A stretch of 64,000 nt of DNA. Source: a virus. Position 1 is the first letter of the stretch. Each line of letters opens with the position of its first letter. The stretch lies in IMG/VR virus record IMGVR_UViG_3300017917_003893, positions 64,001 through 128,000 of that record. One strand, given 5' to 3'. The translations under genes were made by a program, and so were the position numbers. A model generated the notes under the pieces. That model searched no databases, was not told where the DNA came from, and was given only the letters and a program-made list of their open reading frames with translations. This document shows, one piece after another, positions 9,765-19,562 of the stretch.

Positions 9765-9872
9765 TTTATAGAATTACTTTTTTGTATATATTAAATTCAA
9801 TATTTCATTTATTTTATTTCAGAGACCTGGTTTTTTATATATACTTATGATGAAAACAAAAATCAAAAAGTA

Positions 9873-11219
9873 ATGTATAATAAAGACATGAGTAAGTTAA
9901 TAACACTAAATGGTAATAATGACCAAGAATTATTGAGTTCTATATTCGACAATGAAATAGTAGTATTTGAAGATGTACAAGGCTCAAAGATATGGGTTAA
10001 TTGGGATGGTAAAGAGTTTACTATAAAACCTAAATCAATGAATAGCGATCCTATAAATTTAATTGATTTGGCTATGCAAAACTATTATAATCCAGCAATT
10101 ATTTTTTTTAATTCACTTGATGTTAGAGTTAAGTCTTTATTGAATAAAAAATGGTGGTTTTGTTTTGAATATTTTCCTGATAATCAACCAGCTAATATTG
10201 AGTACTCTAGAGTTCCAAAAAATAATTTAGTTTTAATTACAGTTAATAAATCTGGAAAATATGATTTTGGTGTTGATGAACTAGATGAATATGCTAGACT
10301 TTTTGATGTGGATATGTTGCCTATTGTTTTTCAAGGTAAATTGACCGAAAGAATGATAGAGGCAATTAGATATTTTATAAACACAAGTGAAGAGGATTTA
10401 GAATATGTTTTTGGTGAAAAATCATTTGCTTTTTTCTTTTATAAAATATTGAATCCTAGTTCAAAGAATTCATTTTTAATGGAAACTGATGATTTTCAAA
10501 ACAATGTAGAAAAATTAATAGTTAGAACTGCTAAAGGTGATATTTCATTTGAAATATTAAATCCTTTATATAAAAGAATAAGTGATAATAATTCAACAGA
10601 ATTTGTTGAGATATACACTTTAATTCTAGTTAATTTCTTGAATTTCTGTCAATCATTTAACTTAGAAGAAATTAAGTTAAAGGGTGATAAAAGAGATGAG
10701 GTTTATATTTATTTAATGTCTAAGTTATTTAATGTTTATGTATCTGAGGTTAAGCAAGATTTATTAGACTTTGAATTTATAGTTCCTGAATTTTTCGACA
10801 AAGAGAAGTTTAAGATTAATATTGAATTAATACCAAATAAATTAACTAAAGACTATATTAAAGAATCAGATAAATTAGAATATATTTTCAAAGTTATTTT
10901 AGGCTCATTTAATAAAAAAAGAAAGAAGCCAATTGGTGTATTTACAGAAAATACAGTTATTCTTTTCAATGGATTTGTAACTGATATTAATAATTATATT
11001 GATAAATATTTAAATAAATTACACGAAGTTGAGTTAACAAGAGCTGGTCTTTTAGACTTTGGTGATTTCTTTGAAATTCAATATGATACAGACGGTGAAG
11101 GTGAAGTTTATCCAGATGTTTATACTGAATTTGAAAAAGGAGTTCCTTCTGATAAGAAGAAAAAAGGAAAAGGTGGTAAAATGTTACCAGTTGAAGAAAC
11201 GCCTAAATCTCCTAAATAA
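9873..11219 (+). CDS. RNA ligase-like nucleotidyltransferase-fold protein, apparently lacking the catalytic Lys
   Basis: VVFEDVQGS at the position of motif I (normally EKxDG), FCFEY (motif III), PIVFQG, and VEKLIVR (motif IV-like). Confidence 0.5.
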   Translation: MYNKDMSKLITLNGNNDQELLSSIFDNEIVVFEDVQGSKIWVNWDGKEFTIKPKSMNSDPINLIDLAMQNYYNPAIIFFNSLDVRVKSLLNKKWWFCFEYFPDNQPANIEYSRVPKNNLVLITVNKSGKYDFGVDELDEYARLFDVDMLPIVFQGKLTERMIEAIRYFINTSEEDLEYVFGEKSFAFFFYKILNPSSKNSFLMETDDFQNNVEKLIVRTAKGDISFEILNPLYKRISDNNSTEFVEIYTLILVNFLNFCQSFNLEEIKLKGDKRDEVYIYLMSKLFNVYVSEVKQDLLDFEFIVPEFFDKEKFKINIELIPNKLTKDYIKESDKLEYIFKVILGSFNKKRKKPIGVFTENTVILFNGFVTDINNYIDKYLNKLHEVELTRAGLLDFGDFFEIQYDTDGEGEVYPDVYTEFEKGVPSDKKKKGKGGKMLPVEETPKSPK

Positions 11220-11419
11220 TGAAATCTGTTAATCTTAATATAAAATCTGTCGAGGTAAAAGCAAGTGTAAGACCACTTAGAACTAAGTGGACTCGTGAAA
11301 TGGTCAATGATATACAAAGCCTTAGTGATATGGATTTAAGTTCTTTTGAGAGATATTTTACAAAAGAGTTAAGAAGAGAAAATAGGAAAAATTCTATAAA
11401 TAAAATCTTTAAAAAATAA
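11219..11419 (+). CDS. Mini-protein: gp23-family capsid fragment plus RKNSINKIF peptide
   Basis: IKSVEVKASVRPLRTKWTREMVNDI resembles the gp23-family segment IEK.TV.AKSR.LKA.[YW]T.ELAQDL. Confidence 0.6.
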   Translation: MKSVNLNIKSVEVKASVRPLRTKWTREMVNDIQSLSDMDLSSFERYFTKELRRENRKNSINKIFKK

Positions 11420-11450
11420 AAACATAGAACCGTTTTCGAGGTATAATTGT

Positions 11451-12689
11451 ATGACGGTTTCGAGTGTAGTTAAATTAAGTGATATTGAATCATACTCTTC
11501 AATTAAGAAGAGCTTAGAAAATAAAAAGTGCAGTTTACAGTTTCTTCCATTATCTATGGAGTCCTTATCCAAGGAAAAGAATTTTACCTATAAAGGTCAA
11601 AAGTTAAAGACATCATATCTTATTGATATAGTTCACAATCTTATATTAAAATACTATTTTAAGAAAGAGAATAAGTTTCATCTTATGTCTCCAATATTAA
11701 AAGAAAAGTATGGTTATTTATATAATTATTATATGGACTATCTTATTGAGAATAAGGTATTAATTTTACTATCTAAGCATCAAAAAGGTAAAAGTTCAAG
11801 AGTATATGCTATTAATGAGTTTATATTAAGAGGTACTATAATTCGATATAATAATTTTGACAAAGTTTTATTAAAAAAATACAAGAGTAAAGTTTCTCAA
11901 CTTAAAGAAGAAACTAAGTTTGAAAATTTACTGATTGATAATGATATTAAAATCAAACTTGTTGACGATTTGTTCAAGATTCAAATAGAATTTGATAGGT
12001 CTATATTCTATTTAGATTCACTAAAAGGAGATGATGTTGATATTTACAATAGAAATAAATATTCCGTTGAGTGTATAAATGATAAACACATATTCTATCA
12101 CTTTGATAACTATGGTAGAATGCACACAAACTTTACTATCCTAAAGTCTTTCATCAGAAAGAACTGTTTACTTATAAATGGTGAAGAAACACATGAGATT
12201 GATATTAAAAATAGTCAACCTTTGTTCTTAGCAAAGTTAATTAAGGATTCTGGAACTAAGTGGGTCAATGAAGATGAGTTTGAATTATTCAAAGACTTAA
12301 CGCTTAGTGGTAAGTATTACAACTACTTTATGGATTCTTGTGGTATTTCTGATAGAAATACTGCTAAAGAGTATACATATAAAGTTCTTTTTGGTAGAAA
12401 TGGTTCAAATAGTAAAGCAGATAAAATGTTTATTAAATTATTTCCCACTATACACAATTTTATCAAATTATATAAAAAAGAAAATGGTGATTATAAAGTT
12501 CTTGCCTATGAGTTACAGAAATCAGAAAGTAATCTTATATTTAACAAGATAATTAGACAAATTATGACATTATATCCTGAAATTAATTTAGTAACTGTAC
12601 ACGATAGTATAATTGTTCAAAGGTCTTATAAAGACTCTGTTTGGGCTATATTTCAGACTAAACTTTATGAAGAGTTTGGACTTATTTAA
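11451..12689 (+). CDS. Family-A (PolA/T7-type) polymerase-fold protein with no exonuclease domain
   Basis: GRMHT, motif A EIDIKNSQP, motif B R..AKEYTYKVLFG, LQKSES and motif C VTVHDSI. Confidence 0.7.
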   Translation: MTVSSVVKLSDIESYSSIKKSLENKKCSLQFLPLSMESLSKEKNFTYKGQKLKTSYLIDIVHNLILKYYFKKENKFHLMSPILKEKYGYLYNYYMDYLIENKVLILLSKHQKGKSSRVYAINEFILRGTIIRYNNFDKVLLKKYKSKVSQLKEETKFENLLIDNDIKIKLVDDLFKIQIEFDRSIFYLDSLKGDDVDIYNRNKYSVECINDKHIFYHFDNYGRMHTNFTILKSFIRKNCLLINGEETHEIDIKNSQPLFLAKLIKDSGTKWVNEDEFELFKDLTLSGKYYNYFMDSCGISDRNTAKEYTYKVLFGRNGSNSKADKMFIKLFPTIHNFIKLYKKENGDYKVLAYELQKSESNLIFNKIIRQIMTLYPEINLVTVHDSIIVQRSYKDSVWAIFQTKLYEEFGLI

Positions 12690-12713
12690 GAATAAATTTA
12701 AAATATATAAGAT

Positions 12714-12866
12714 ATGAAAATGTTCTATTTAACCGTTAACGGAAACAAGAAAGATGTTATATCTAAGGTCATGACAGAGACATTAGAACAAGCAGTTGTT
12801 TACTTCTCGGAAATTAAAAATCTGTCAATTGATGCTCTACTAAAAATCTATACCATTACTGAATAA
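12714..12866 (+). CDS. Small hypothetical protein (50 aa, not in ORF track)
   Basis: MKMFYLTVNGNKKD...IYTITE*; AATATATA directly upstream. Confidence 0.6.
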   Translation: MKMFYLTVNGNKKDVISKVMTETLEQAVVYFSEIKNLSIDALLKIYTITE

Positions 12867-12894
12867 GTGTTGTATATTTTTAATATATACAATT

Positions 12895-13434
12895 ATGATT
12901 GGATTAGAACATCAAAATGCAACCTTCATCTTACTATCTTCAAAAAGACTTGAAGATATGATTTCTATACTTTATGCTAAAGAATATACAGTTGTGCCAA
13001 TAAAGGGTTACTACAGAGGTCAGTTTGAAGACTCTGTTATGGCTTATGGTATGGTTGATAATGATACTTTAAGAAAAGATGTACTTTTTCTACTTAATCA
13101 TTTTGATGAAGAGTGTGCTATAATAAAATATCAAGGAGAATCTAATGCTAAAAAGATATTTAAAGATGGTTCTGAAAAACCACTTGGTATAGTTATGTAC
13201 AATACAGATGCTGACAATATGTCTTATCTATACAATGGTACTTCATTCTCATTCGTAGAGTCTAAGAGATATTGGAAGCCAACTAAGAAAGAAGATTTTA
13301 GAGTAGGTATGTTAGTTGAATACTTCAACAATAATAAATGGTATGAAAAACTTGTTGAGAATCCTAACGATGAATATGAAAAACTTTATAAGTTACTTAT
13401 AAAGTATGATAAAGTTAGAGTTGCTTCTAAATAA
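12895..13434 (+). CDS. Hypothetical protein
   Basis: 179-aa ORF behind AATATATA. Confidence 0.7.
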   Translation: MIGLEHQNATFILLSSKRLEDMISILYAKEYTVVPIKGYYRGQFEDSVMAYGMVDNDTLRKDVLFLLNHFDEECAIIKYQGESNAKKIFKDGSEKPLGIVMYNTDADNMSYLYNGTSFSFVESKRYWKPTKKEDFRVGMLVEYFNNNKWYEKLVENPNDEYEKLYKLLIKYDKVRVASK

Positions 13435-14221
13435 TTTCAAACCAATTTATTATTTTATGCCAATTTGGTGTTTCTTTTAAGAAGTATCTCATATCATTTG
13501 GACAATTTATTACATTCAATCCGTTTTCAGTTTTTTGAACATTTCTCATCATAATAATCTTATTTGATTTAATATAAGGAGAAGTTATAACATTTATTCC
13601 GTTAATATTTCCAGTTACAACACCGTTATTACTAGACACAATCATTCCATTAGATAATAGAAGATATTTATAAGCATCTAAACCAACTATAATTGTATTA
13701 GCTGGTCCGGTTCTACCTGATGATGCTATTAAGCTACTAACCATCATTATTCTAGTTATCACTCTTCTCGATAAAGCTATTTCGTTTTCAGAATCTGTTA
13801 AGTTAGAATCTTTTTGATAAATAACATTTAGATTTTGAGGAACACCCATTGGGTTTGATGTTAGTGTCTCTAATGTTTTCATAATATCTGTATAGATATC
13901 TGTTAAATCTAAATAGGTTTTACCTTGAACATTAATAGAATTTATTTTAGGAGAAATAACTGACATATAACCTTCATTATCCAAAGGGTTTGAAAATGTT
14001 TCTCTGTTCTTGAACTCTTCTACTTTACCATCAACGATAGCGTCAATAGCAAGATCTCTATTCTTTCTTTTTAATTCTCTTTGATATTCTTCGTTTGGTT
14101 CTTCAATCCAATCCATATATGTCATTACAACTTGAGGTAAAGAAGGTTTGGTAGATTCTACATAATTACAGATAGCAATTAAGTCATTATTAGAAATTAT
14201 CATATTTATTCTTCCATCCAA
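13427..14221 (-). CDS. Internally deleted major-capsid paralogue with RDLAIDAIV peptide
   Basis: YMSVISPKINSINV matches capsid YAGVIGPKISSKSV. LSRRVITRIMMVSSLIASSGRTGPANTII matches VQRKLITKIAHASNFIATEGRVGPAQYLI. Confidence 0.8.
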   Translation of the reverse strand: MDGRINMIISNNDLIAICNYVESTKPSLPQVVMTYMDWIEEPNEEYQRELKRKNRDLAIDAIVDGKVEEFKNRETFSNPLDNEGYMSVISPKINSINVQGKTYLDLTDIYTDIMKTLETLTSNPMGVPQNLNVIYQKDSNLTDSENEIALSRRVITRIMMVSSLIASSGRTGPANTIIVGLDAYKYLLLSNGMIVSSNNGVVTGNINGINVITSPYIKSNKIIMMRNVQKTENGLNVINCPNDMRYFLKETPNWHKIINWFEII

Positions 14222-14951
14222 TTTTTGGCATTTGGTTTAATATAACCTTCTGTAATTGTTCTTTATTCATAGTGGATGTTTTTTGTAACAATTGTAGATT
14301 TCTTTGATACCACTTCATGTCAGGTTGAACTCTTTCGTGGTATAAATGAAAGCATCTTGCTTGTAGTTCGGTCCAAGTTAAAAAGTTTTTAACTTTCATA
14401 GTTTGAAAATCATCTTCTCCACCCCAACCAATGAAGTCTTCATTCCAACCACCAATCTTTTGAATAGCTTCTCTTCTAAACATTGCTATACCACCAGAGA
14501 TGTTAATTTTTTGATTATCTGTTTCTCCTCTACCTGGTCTATTTATACTAATCATTTGTTCTAATTGTAGATTACTTTCTTGTTGGGTTAAATCTACAAC
14601 TGAATGATACGGACTCACCATATCATAACTTTGTAAAGCGTTTAAACCAGCTATGAATTGATTAGGTTCCATAATTAAATCAGAATCACCAAAAACAATA
14701 ATATTTGAGTTTGCCCATTTCATTGCTACATTAAATGCCCAGGATCTGTTGTAGGGCATATCTGATTTTGTAAATATGTGTTTGGCTTTTAAGTTTAGGT
14801 GAGATATTTTAGAGTGAGTATCTTGTTCAATTAGTAGCACTTCAACTCCTCCAAATCCGTTAATCCAATCGAGAACTCTTCTTAAATTTTGTAATCTTTC
14901 TAGATTGTGTCTATAACCTATTACATAGGTGAATGAATAGTTTGAACTCAT
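14190..14951 (-). CDS. Glycosyltransferase, GT2/GT7 (galactosyltransferase-like)
   Basis: Motifs YNRSWAFN, DSD and IGGWNEDFIGWGGEDDF. Confidence 0.85.
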   Translation of the reverse strand: MSSNYSFTYVIGYRHNLERLQNLRRVLDWINGFGGVEVLLIEQDTHSKISHLNLKAKHIFTKSDMPYNRSWAFNVAMKWANSNIIVFGDSDLIMEPNQFIAGLNALQSYDMVSPYHSVVDLTQQESNLQLEQMISINRPGRGETDNQKINISGGIAMFRREAIQKIGGWNEDFIGWGGEDDFQTMKVKNFLTWTELQARCFHLYHERVQPDMKWYQRNLQLLQKTSTMNKEQLQKVILNQMPKIGWKNKYDNF

Positions 14952-14995
14952 TAATGAATATTATTTTTTATTTATATTAAATATAATGAGTTTGT

Positions 14996-15610
14996 TTATA
15001 CTATATATGTTTTCCATTTATCATCTAATTCATCAAAATCAAACTGATATTTAAACATCTCAAAATCATCTTCCCAATAGCTATTTATATCGTGATTCCA
15101 TAGTAAGCACTTTTTAAGAGGATCTTTACCTCCATACTTTCTTTTAAACCAATTGTATGGATTATTTGGAATATTACATTCAATATTATTAAATGTGTGT
15201 CTTTTTAGAGGATATATCTCTTTTTCGGTTAGCTCTGATAGTCTACCATATGTTTCATCTTCAGTTCTTTCTAGAAAGAATATATCCACTCTTGGTTTGT
15301 AAATACTATACTCACCCTCATGTACTCTATATAATCTAGCATCAACATTAGAAAACGTCACATTAAGATTCATGTCTATGTTAAGAAAGTTTTCCAATTC
15401 ACTCCAAGGTATACATATGTCTATATCATCATCCCAAGGTATAAATCCGCCGTGTCTTATAGATCCAATTAGTGTTCCATATCCTAACCAGTATGTTATA
15501 TTGTTTTTTTCTAACTCATATATTAAGTCTTTGAGTATTCTCAAAGACTCTCTTTGTCTATTCACTAAATCAAAATCACATATTTCCTCAAGTTTAGTAT
15601 TTATGTTCAT
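14996..15610 (-). CDS. licD: LicD-family (fukutin-like) phosphotransferase
   Basis: YWLGYGTLIGSIRHGGFIPWDDDIDI. Confidence 0.9.
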   Translation of the reverse strand: MNINTKLEEICDFDLVNRQRESLRILKDLIYELEKNNITYWLGYGTLIGSIRHGGFIPWDDDIDICIPWSELENFLNIDMNLNVTFSNVDARLYRVHEGEYSIYKPRVDIFFLERTEDETYGRLSELTEKEIYPLKRHTFNNIECNIPNNPYNWFKRKYGGKDPLKKCLLWNHDINSYWEDDFEMFKYQFDFDELDDKWKTYIV

Positions 15611-15981
15611 AGTATTTTTTTAATTTCCGTTGAACTTACATTTTCAGTTCTTTTTAAGTAGATAACTTTACAGTTTAAGTCATCAAATTTGCCTTTCCAA
15701 TCATCCCCAATTACAAATATGTCAATTTTGTAATTCTCTATGTCTGTATTTTTTTGTTGCCAGTTTTCTTCCGGTATTATCTCATCAATATATTTGATTG
15801 ATTCTAACCACTCTTTTCTTTTATCATAGTTGAACTTACTTTCTTTACCTTTTATTCTATTAAAGTTATCAGTTGATAGTCCAACAATAAGATAATCACC
15901 TAGTTCTTTAGATCTTCTCAAAAGTTCTAAATGACCATAATGAAATGTGTCAAAAGTTCCATACGTTATTACTTTAGTCAT
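15607..15981 (-). CDS. tagD: Glycerol-3-phosphate cytidylyltransferase, TagD-like
   Basis: Motifs VITYGTFDTFHYGH, VGLSTD, GDDWKGKFD and RTENVSST. Confidence 0.9.
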   Translation of the reverse strand: MTKVITYGTFDTFHYGHLELLRRSKELGDYLIVGLSTDNFNRIKGKESKFNYDKRKEWLESIKYIDEIIPEENWQQKNTDIENYKIDIFVIGDDWKGKFDDLNCKVIYLKRTENVSSTEIKKIL

Positions 15982-18900
15982 TGATTGAATCTACTTTTTT
16001 AAGTTTATCTGAAATAATATTAAATTTCAAATTCTCTATTATTTCAAAATCTTGAATATCTCTGTTGTCAATTAAACCATCTCTACTTTCAAACTCATTC
16101 ATATCAAGTCTTTTTACTTCATAGAAACAAGGTTTTTCATATCTCATTGATATTGATGTGTTTGCGTATTCTCTGTCAATATATTCACACCTTTCAGCAT
16201 CTACCCATTTAACACCTTTCAATAAACTAAAAGATCTATACTCATCATAATATGAATCTGTGTTTATATACATTTCATTATCTTGTGTTATAAAAAGAGT
16301 TTCTCCGCTAAACCAAAGGGAAAACTTATCATCTCTATTAGAGATATCAAATTCTTTAATCATATCTGATAGATTTTTCCTGTTTGCTATAAAATCCGCA
16401 TCCCATTTTATAATTGTTGATTTTGTTGCTTTGCTTAAACAGAAATTATAATAACTTGATAAGCTGTTTCCTACTATCTTAATGTTTTTTGTATAATTTG
16501 GACCAGCTTTCGGTACCTCCTTGGTGTATTTGAATACCTTTATGTTTTCGTATTTTTTACTTAGTTCAAATGCTATTTCATATGTTTTATCTGTTGATAA
16601 ATGATCTACAAATATTACCTCATCGGCTATGTCAACTATAGATGTTAGACATTGTTCTACATTTTTTTCTTCATTTCTTGCTCTTATTATAAAGCTAGTT
16701 CCTTTTTTATAACCACCATATAAGTAATCAAGATAGTATTTACATTTCTCGTAACTTCTGTTGTATTTTATCTGGTCTTTTATTTTGTTTTTATCTAAAA
16801 CACCAATTTTGTAAAGTTTTTTTATTTCATTAACAAATATTATAATTTCGCCATCTCTGAATCTATTAAAAATGCAGTTATCTTTATCATTTATGTCAAA
16901 TGATTTTCTTTGATTTATGTTTACAACAGAACCATAATTATTTAAAACCATTGGTATTTCACCATGTGATGGATAAACACAATGAACTCCACAAGTCATT
17001 TGTTCAAGAAGTGATATTGGTAAGCCTTCACTGGGTGATGTGTTTAGTGATATACTAAAAGTAGATATGTATTTGTAAACATCACTGTTATTAACATAAC
17101 CTGTTATTATAACTTTATCTTCTAAGCCTAAATCTTTAATATAATCTAAAACTTCTTTTTTATAAGGTAGTGCTTCCGTTGTTTTTGGTGCATCACCTAC
17201 AATTAAGAGTTTGGCATTTTCAATATTTAATTCACTTAGTATTCTTATTGAATCAAGTATATTTTTATCAGGTGATATTCTGGTCACCATTCCTATTACA
17301 AAATCATCGTCTTTTATTCCAATTTTATTTTTGATTTCAGTATTGTCAAAATTTTGTATGCTGTTATCTATTGATTTATAATCTATAAAATTAGGAATAG
17401 TTATTATTCTTGTATTGCAAACTCCTTTTTTATTAAACTCATCTCTTATTTTGTCATGTATCACTACATACTTGTCTGTTATCTCGTCATATTCAAATAT
17501 AGAGTTAACTACCCATTCTATATCAGAATGGGCAATTGTGTAGTATTTAAAGTCTCTTAGTTCTTTGAGAGTTTTTATGTGTGGCGTTATTCCGAAATAG
17601 TTACAATTGTAAACTATTTCACAGTCATTTGATAGATTGTATAGTATGTCTATTAGTATATTGATATCAATATCATATAGCTTTGAATAATACAAATCAA
17701 CATCAAGATCTTTTATTTTATTAAAAAACATTCCTTTGTCTGCTGATAGTACAACCGGATGATATCCAAGTTCTTTACAAGCTTTTATATGTTGATAGGA
17801 TACATATTCGGCACCACCTATGTCATTTAGATACATTAAAAATAGTATCTTCTTGCCACCTTTATTTGATGATATATTAATAACCTCAAAGTGATTTGAA
17901 TTCTCATCTAAAGGCTTATTATATTTATTTATTTCATTAGATTTTTTTTCACCTTGTAAAAGAATATCTACAAACTTCTCAGTTTTTCTTCCTGTCCAGT
18001 TTTGATTAGTTGGTCCTAAGTGAACAACATAAGTGTCTAATTCTTTTTTAGATTTAAACATGTCTCTAAACTCTAAGTCACTAAAACTAGCATCATTATA
18101 ATTTTCAGGAAAAATATTTCTTTTGTTAAAGTTTCTAATATTAAATAGATGAAAAAAACCATAACCCTTAGCCCTTTCCATATTACCAACGTTTTCACCA
18201 TTTTTCCACTTTAAAAAATCATCATGATTATCTACAACAAGTCTTTTTGAAATAAAAAGATCTTTATATGTTAGATTTGTCGAATTTACTACATCTAAAA
18301 AATCATCTTTTAAATAAATATCAGCATCTAAAAGTAGTATCCAATCTGGATTTTGAATCGTTTTTATTCCATCATTTATGGCTTTACCTTTGTTAAATAC
18401 AGCTCCGTTTTCGTAAATTCTACTAGATATTACACAATTTACTCCAAATGATTCACAAATTTTTTGACACTCAGTATCTTTTTCGGTTGTTACTACAGTA
18501 ACTTTTATTTCTTTAGGTATATTACTCAGAGTTATAGGTAGTATATCATTATAGTCTACCGAAACCATAATAATATCTATTTTTGGTATTTTTTTATCTT
18601 CTTTTTTCTTAGATAGATAATTGCTAATTCTCTCTTTGTTTTTTAAGGATATCTTTGGTCTATTAATTACCATTTGTGTGTTATCCTCTTTAGTCCAAAT
18701 ATTTTTTTTATTAACTATTATTTTATTATTTGTTTCAAATGATTCAAAAATAGAATTAACATCTTGATTGTTATTAAATTGGTAGTTTCTATTAAATATG
18801 TAATAGTCTTCAGATTTTATAACACTTTTAAAATTTTTGTCAATGTGTATTAGACTATTGTTAAATATTGCAAATGGGTTGGCAAATATGAAAACTTCAT

Positions 18901-19123
18901 CATTATAAATTCTTTTACAGTATTCAATTATTTCTTTATCTGTGTAGCCATTTTTAACAACTAAATTAACTTTATTGTTTTTTGGTAATACAATATTTGT
19001 ATTATTATAAAAAACAACTATGTTGCTAATAAATCCAACGTCAGAGTTTTTCAGTAAGCATTCCATTAAATCTTTTTGAAATGCTTCGTTTAATAGCGGT
19101 GTTAATTTATTTATTAGAATCAT
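15974..19123 (-). CDS. Multidomain glycosyltransferase (GT2-like + GT4 + GT2-like)
   Basis: FNKGKAIN..LLDAD; IGGAE..RISPDKN..SEGLPISLLE; FIIRARNEE..VDHLSTD..KWDAD. Confidence 0.85.
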   Translation of the reverse strand: MILINKLTPLLNEAFQKDLMECLLKNSDVGFISNIVVFYNNTNIVLPKNNKVNLVVKNGYTDKEIIEYCKRIYNDEVFIFANPFAIFNNSLIHIDKNFKSVIKSEDYYIFNRNYQFNNNQDVNSIFESFETNNKIIVNKKNIWTKEDNTQMVINRPKISLKNKERISNYLSKKKEDKKIPKIDIIMVSVDYNDILPITLSNIPKEIKVTVVTTEKDTECQKICESFGVNCVISSRIYENGAVFNKGKAINDGIKTIQNPDWILLLDADIYLKDDFLDVVNSTNLTYKDLFISKRLVVDNHDDFLKWKNGENVGNMERAKGYGFFHLFNIRNFNKRNIFPENYNDASFSDLEFRDMFKSKKELDTYVVHLGPTNQNWTGRKTEKFVDILLQGEKKSNEINKYNKPLDENSNHFEVINISSNKGGKKILFLMYLNDIGGAEYVSYQHIKACKELGYHPVVLSADKGMFFNKIKDLDVDLYYSKLYDIDINILIDILYNLSNDCEIVYNCNYFGITPHIKTLKELRDFKYYTIAHSDIEWVVNSIFEYDEITDKYVVIHDKIRDEFNKKGVCNTRIITIPNFIDYKSIDNSIQNFDNTEIKNKIGIKDDDFVIGMVTRISPDKNILDSIRILSELNIENAKLLIVGDAPKTTEALPYKKEVLDYIKDLGLEDKVIITGYVNNSDVYKYISTFSISLNTSPSEGLPISLLEQMTCGVHCVYPSHGEIPMVLNNYGSVVNINQRKSFDINDKDNCIFNRFRDGEIIIFVNEIKKLYKIGVLDKNKIKDQIKYNRSYEKCKYYLDYLYGGYKKGTSFIIRARNEEKNVEQCLTSIVDIADEVIFVDHLSTDKTYEIAFELSKKYENIKVFKYTKEVPKAGPNYTKNIKIVGNSLSSYYNFCLSKATKSTIIKWDADFIANRKNLSDMIKEFDISNRDDKFSLWFSGETLFITQDNEMYINTDSYYDEYRSFSLLKGVKWVDAERCEYIDREYANTSISMRYEKPCFYEVKRLDMNEFESRDGLIDNRDIQDFEIIENLKFNIISDKLKKVDSIND

Positions 19124-19160
19124 AGTTTATATATAAAGAAACTTTGTTTTTGTCACAAAA

Positions 19161-19562
19161 ATGAGAAAAAAGATAGGAAGAACTGAAATTATATCATTAC
19201 CTGATTTTGGAATATTCGGGTTATCAGCAAAAGTTGACACCGGGGCCTATGGTGTAGCTTTACATGTTGATACTATAAAAATAGATAATGATAAGCTTTA
19301 CTTTACTATTGATAATAAAGAGTTTATATATGACAAGTTTAAAATGGTGTCCGTTAAAAGTTCTTTTGGTAAAGTTCAAAAAAGATTTTCTATTATGACT
19401 AAAATATTAATCGGTGACAAGATATATAAATTTTATGTATCTTTGACCAATAGAAAGAACATGAGATATCCTATTCTAATAGGTAGAAGATTTTTGTATA
19501 AATTTGACTATTTAGTAGATGTTAAGAAAAAGAATATAAATGATACAGTTAAAAAGATGTAA
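19161..19562 (+). CDS. RimK-associated retropepsin-like putative protease (DUF785-type)
   Basis: Motifs IGRTE, AKVDTGA and LTNRKNMRYPILIGRRFL. Confidence 0.8.
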   Translation: MRKKIGRTEIISLPDFGIFGLSAKVDTGAYGVALHVDTIKIDNDKLYFTIDNKEFIYDKFKMVSVKSSFGKVQKRFSIMTKILIGDKIYKFYVSLTNRKNMRYPILIGRRFLYKFDYLVDVKKKNINDTVKKM

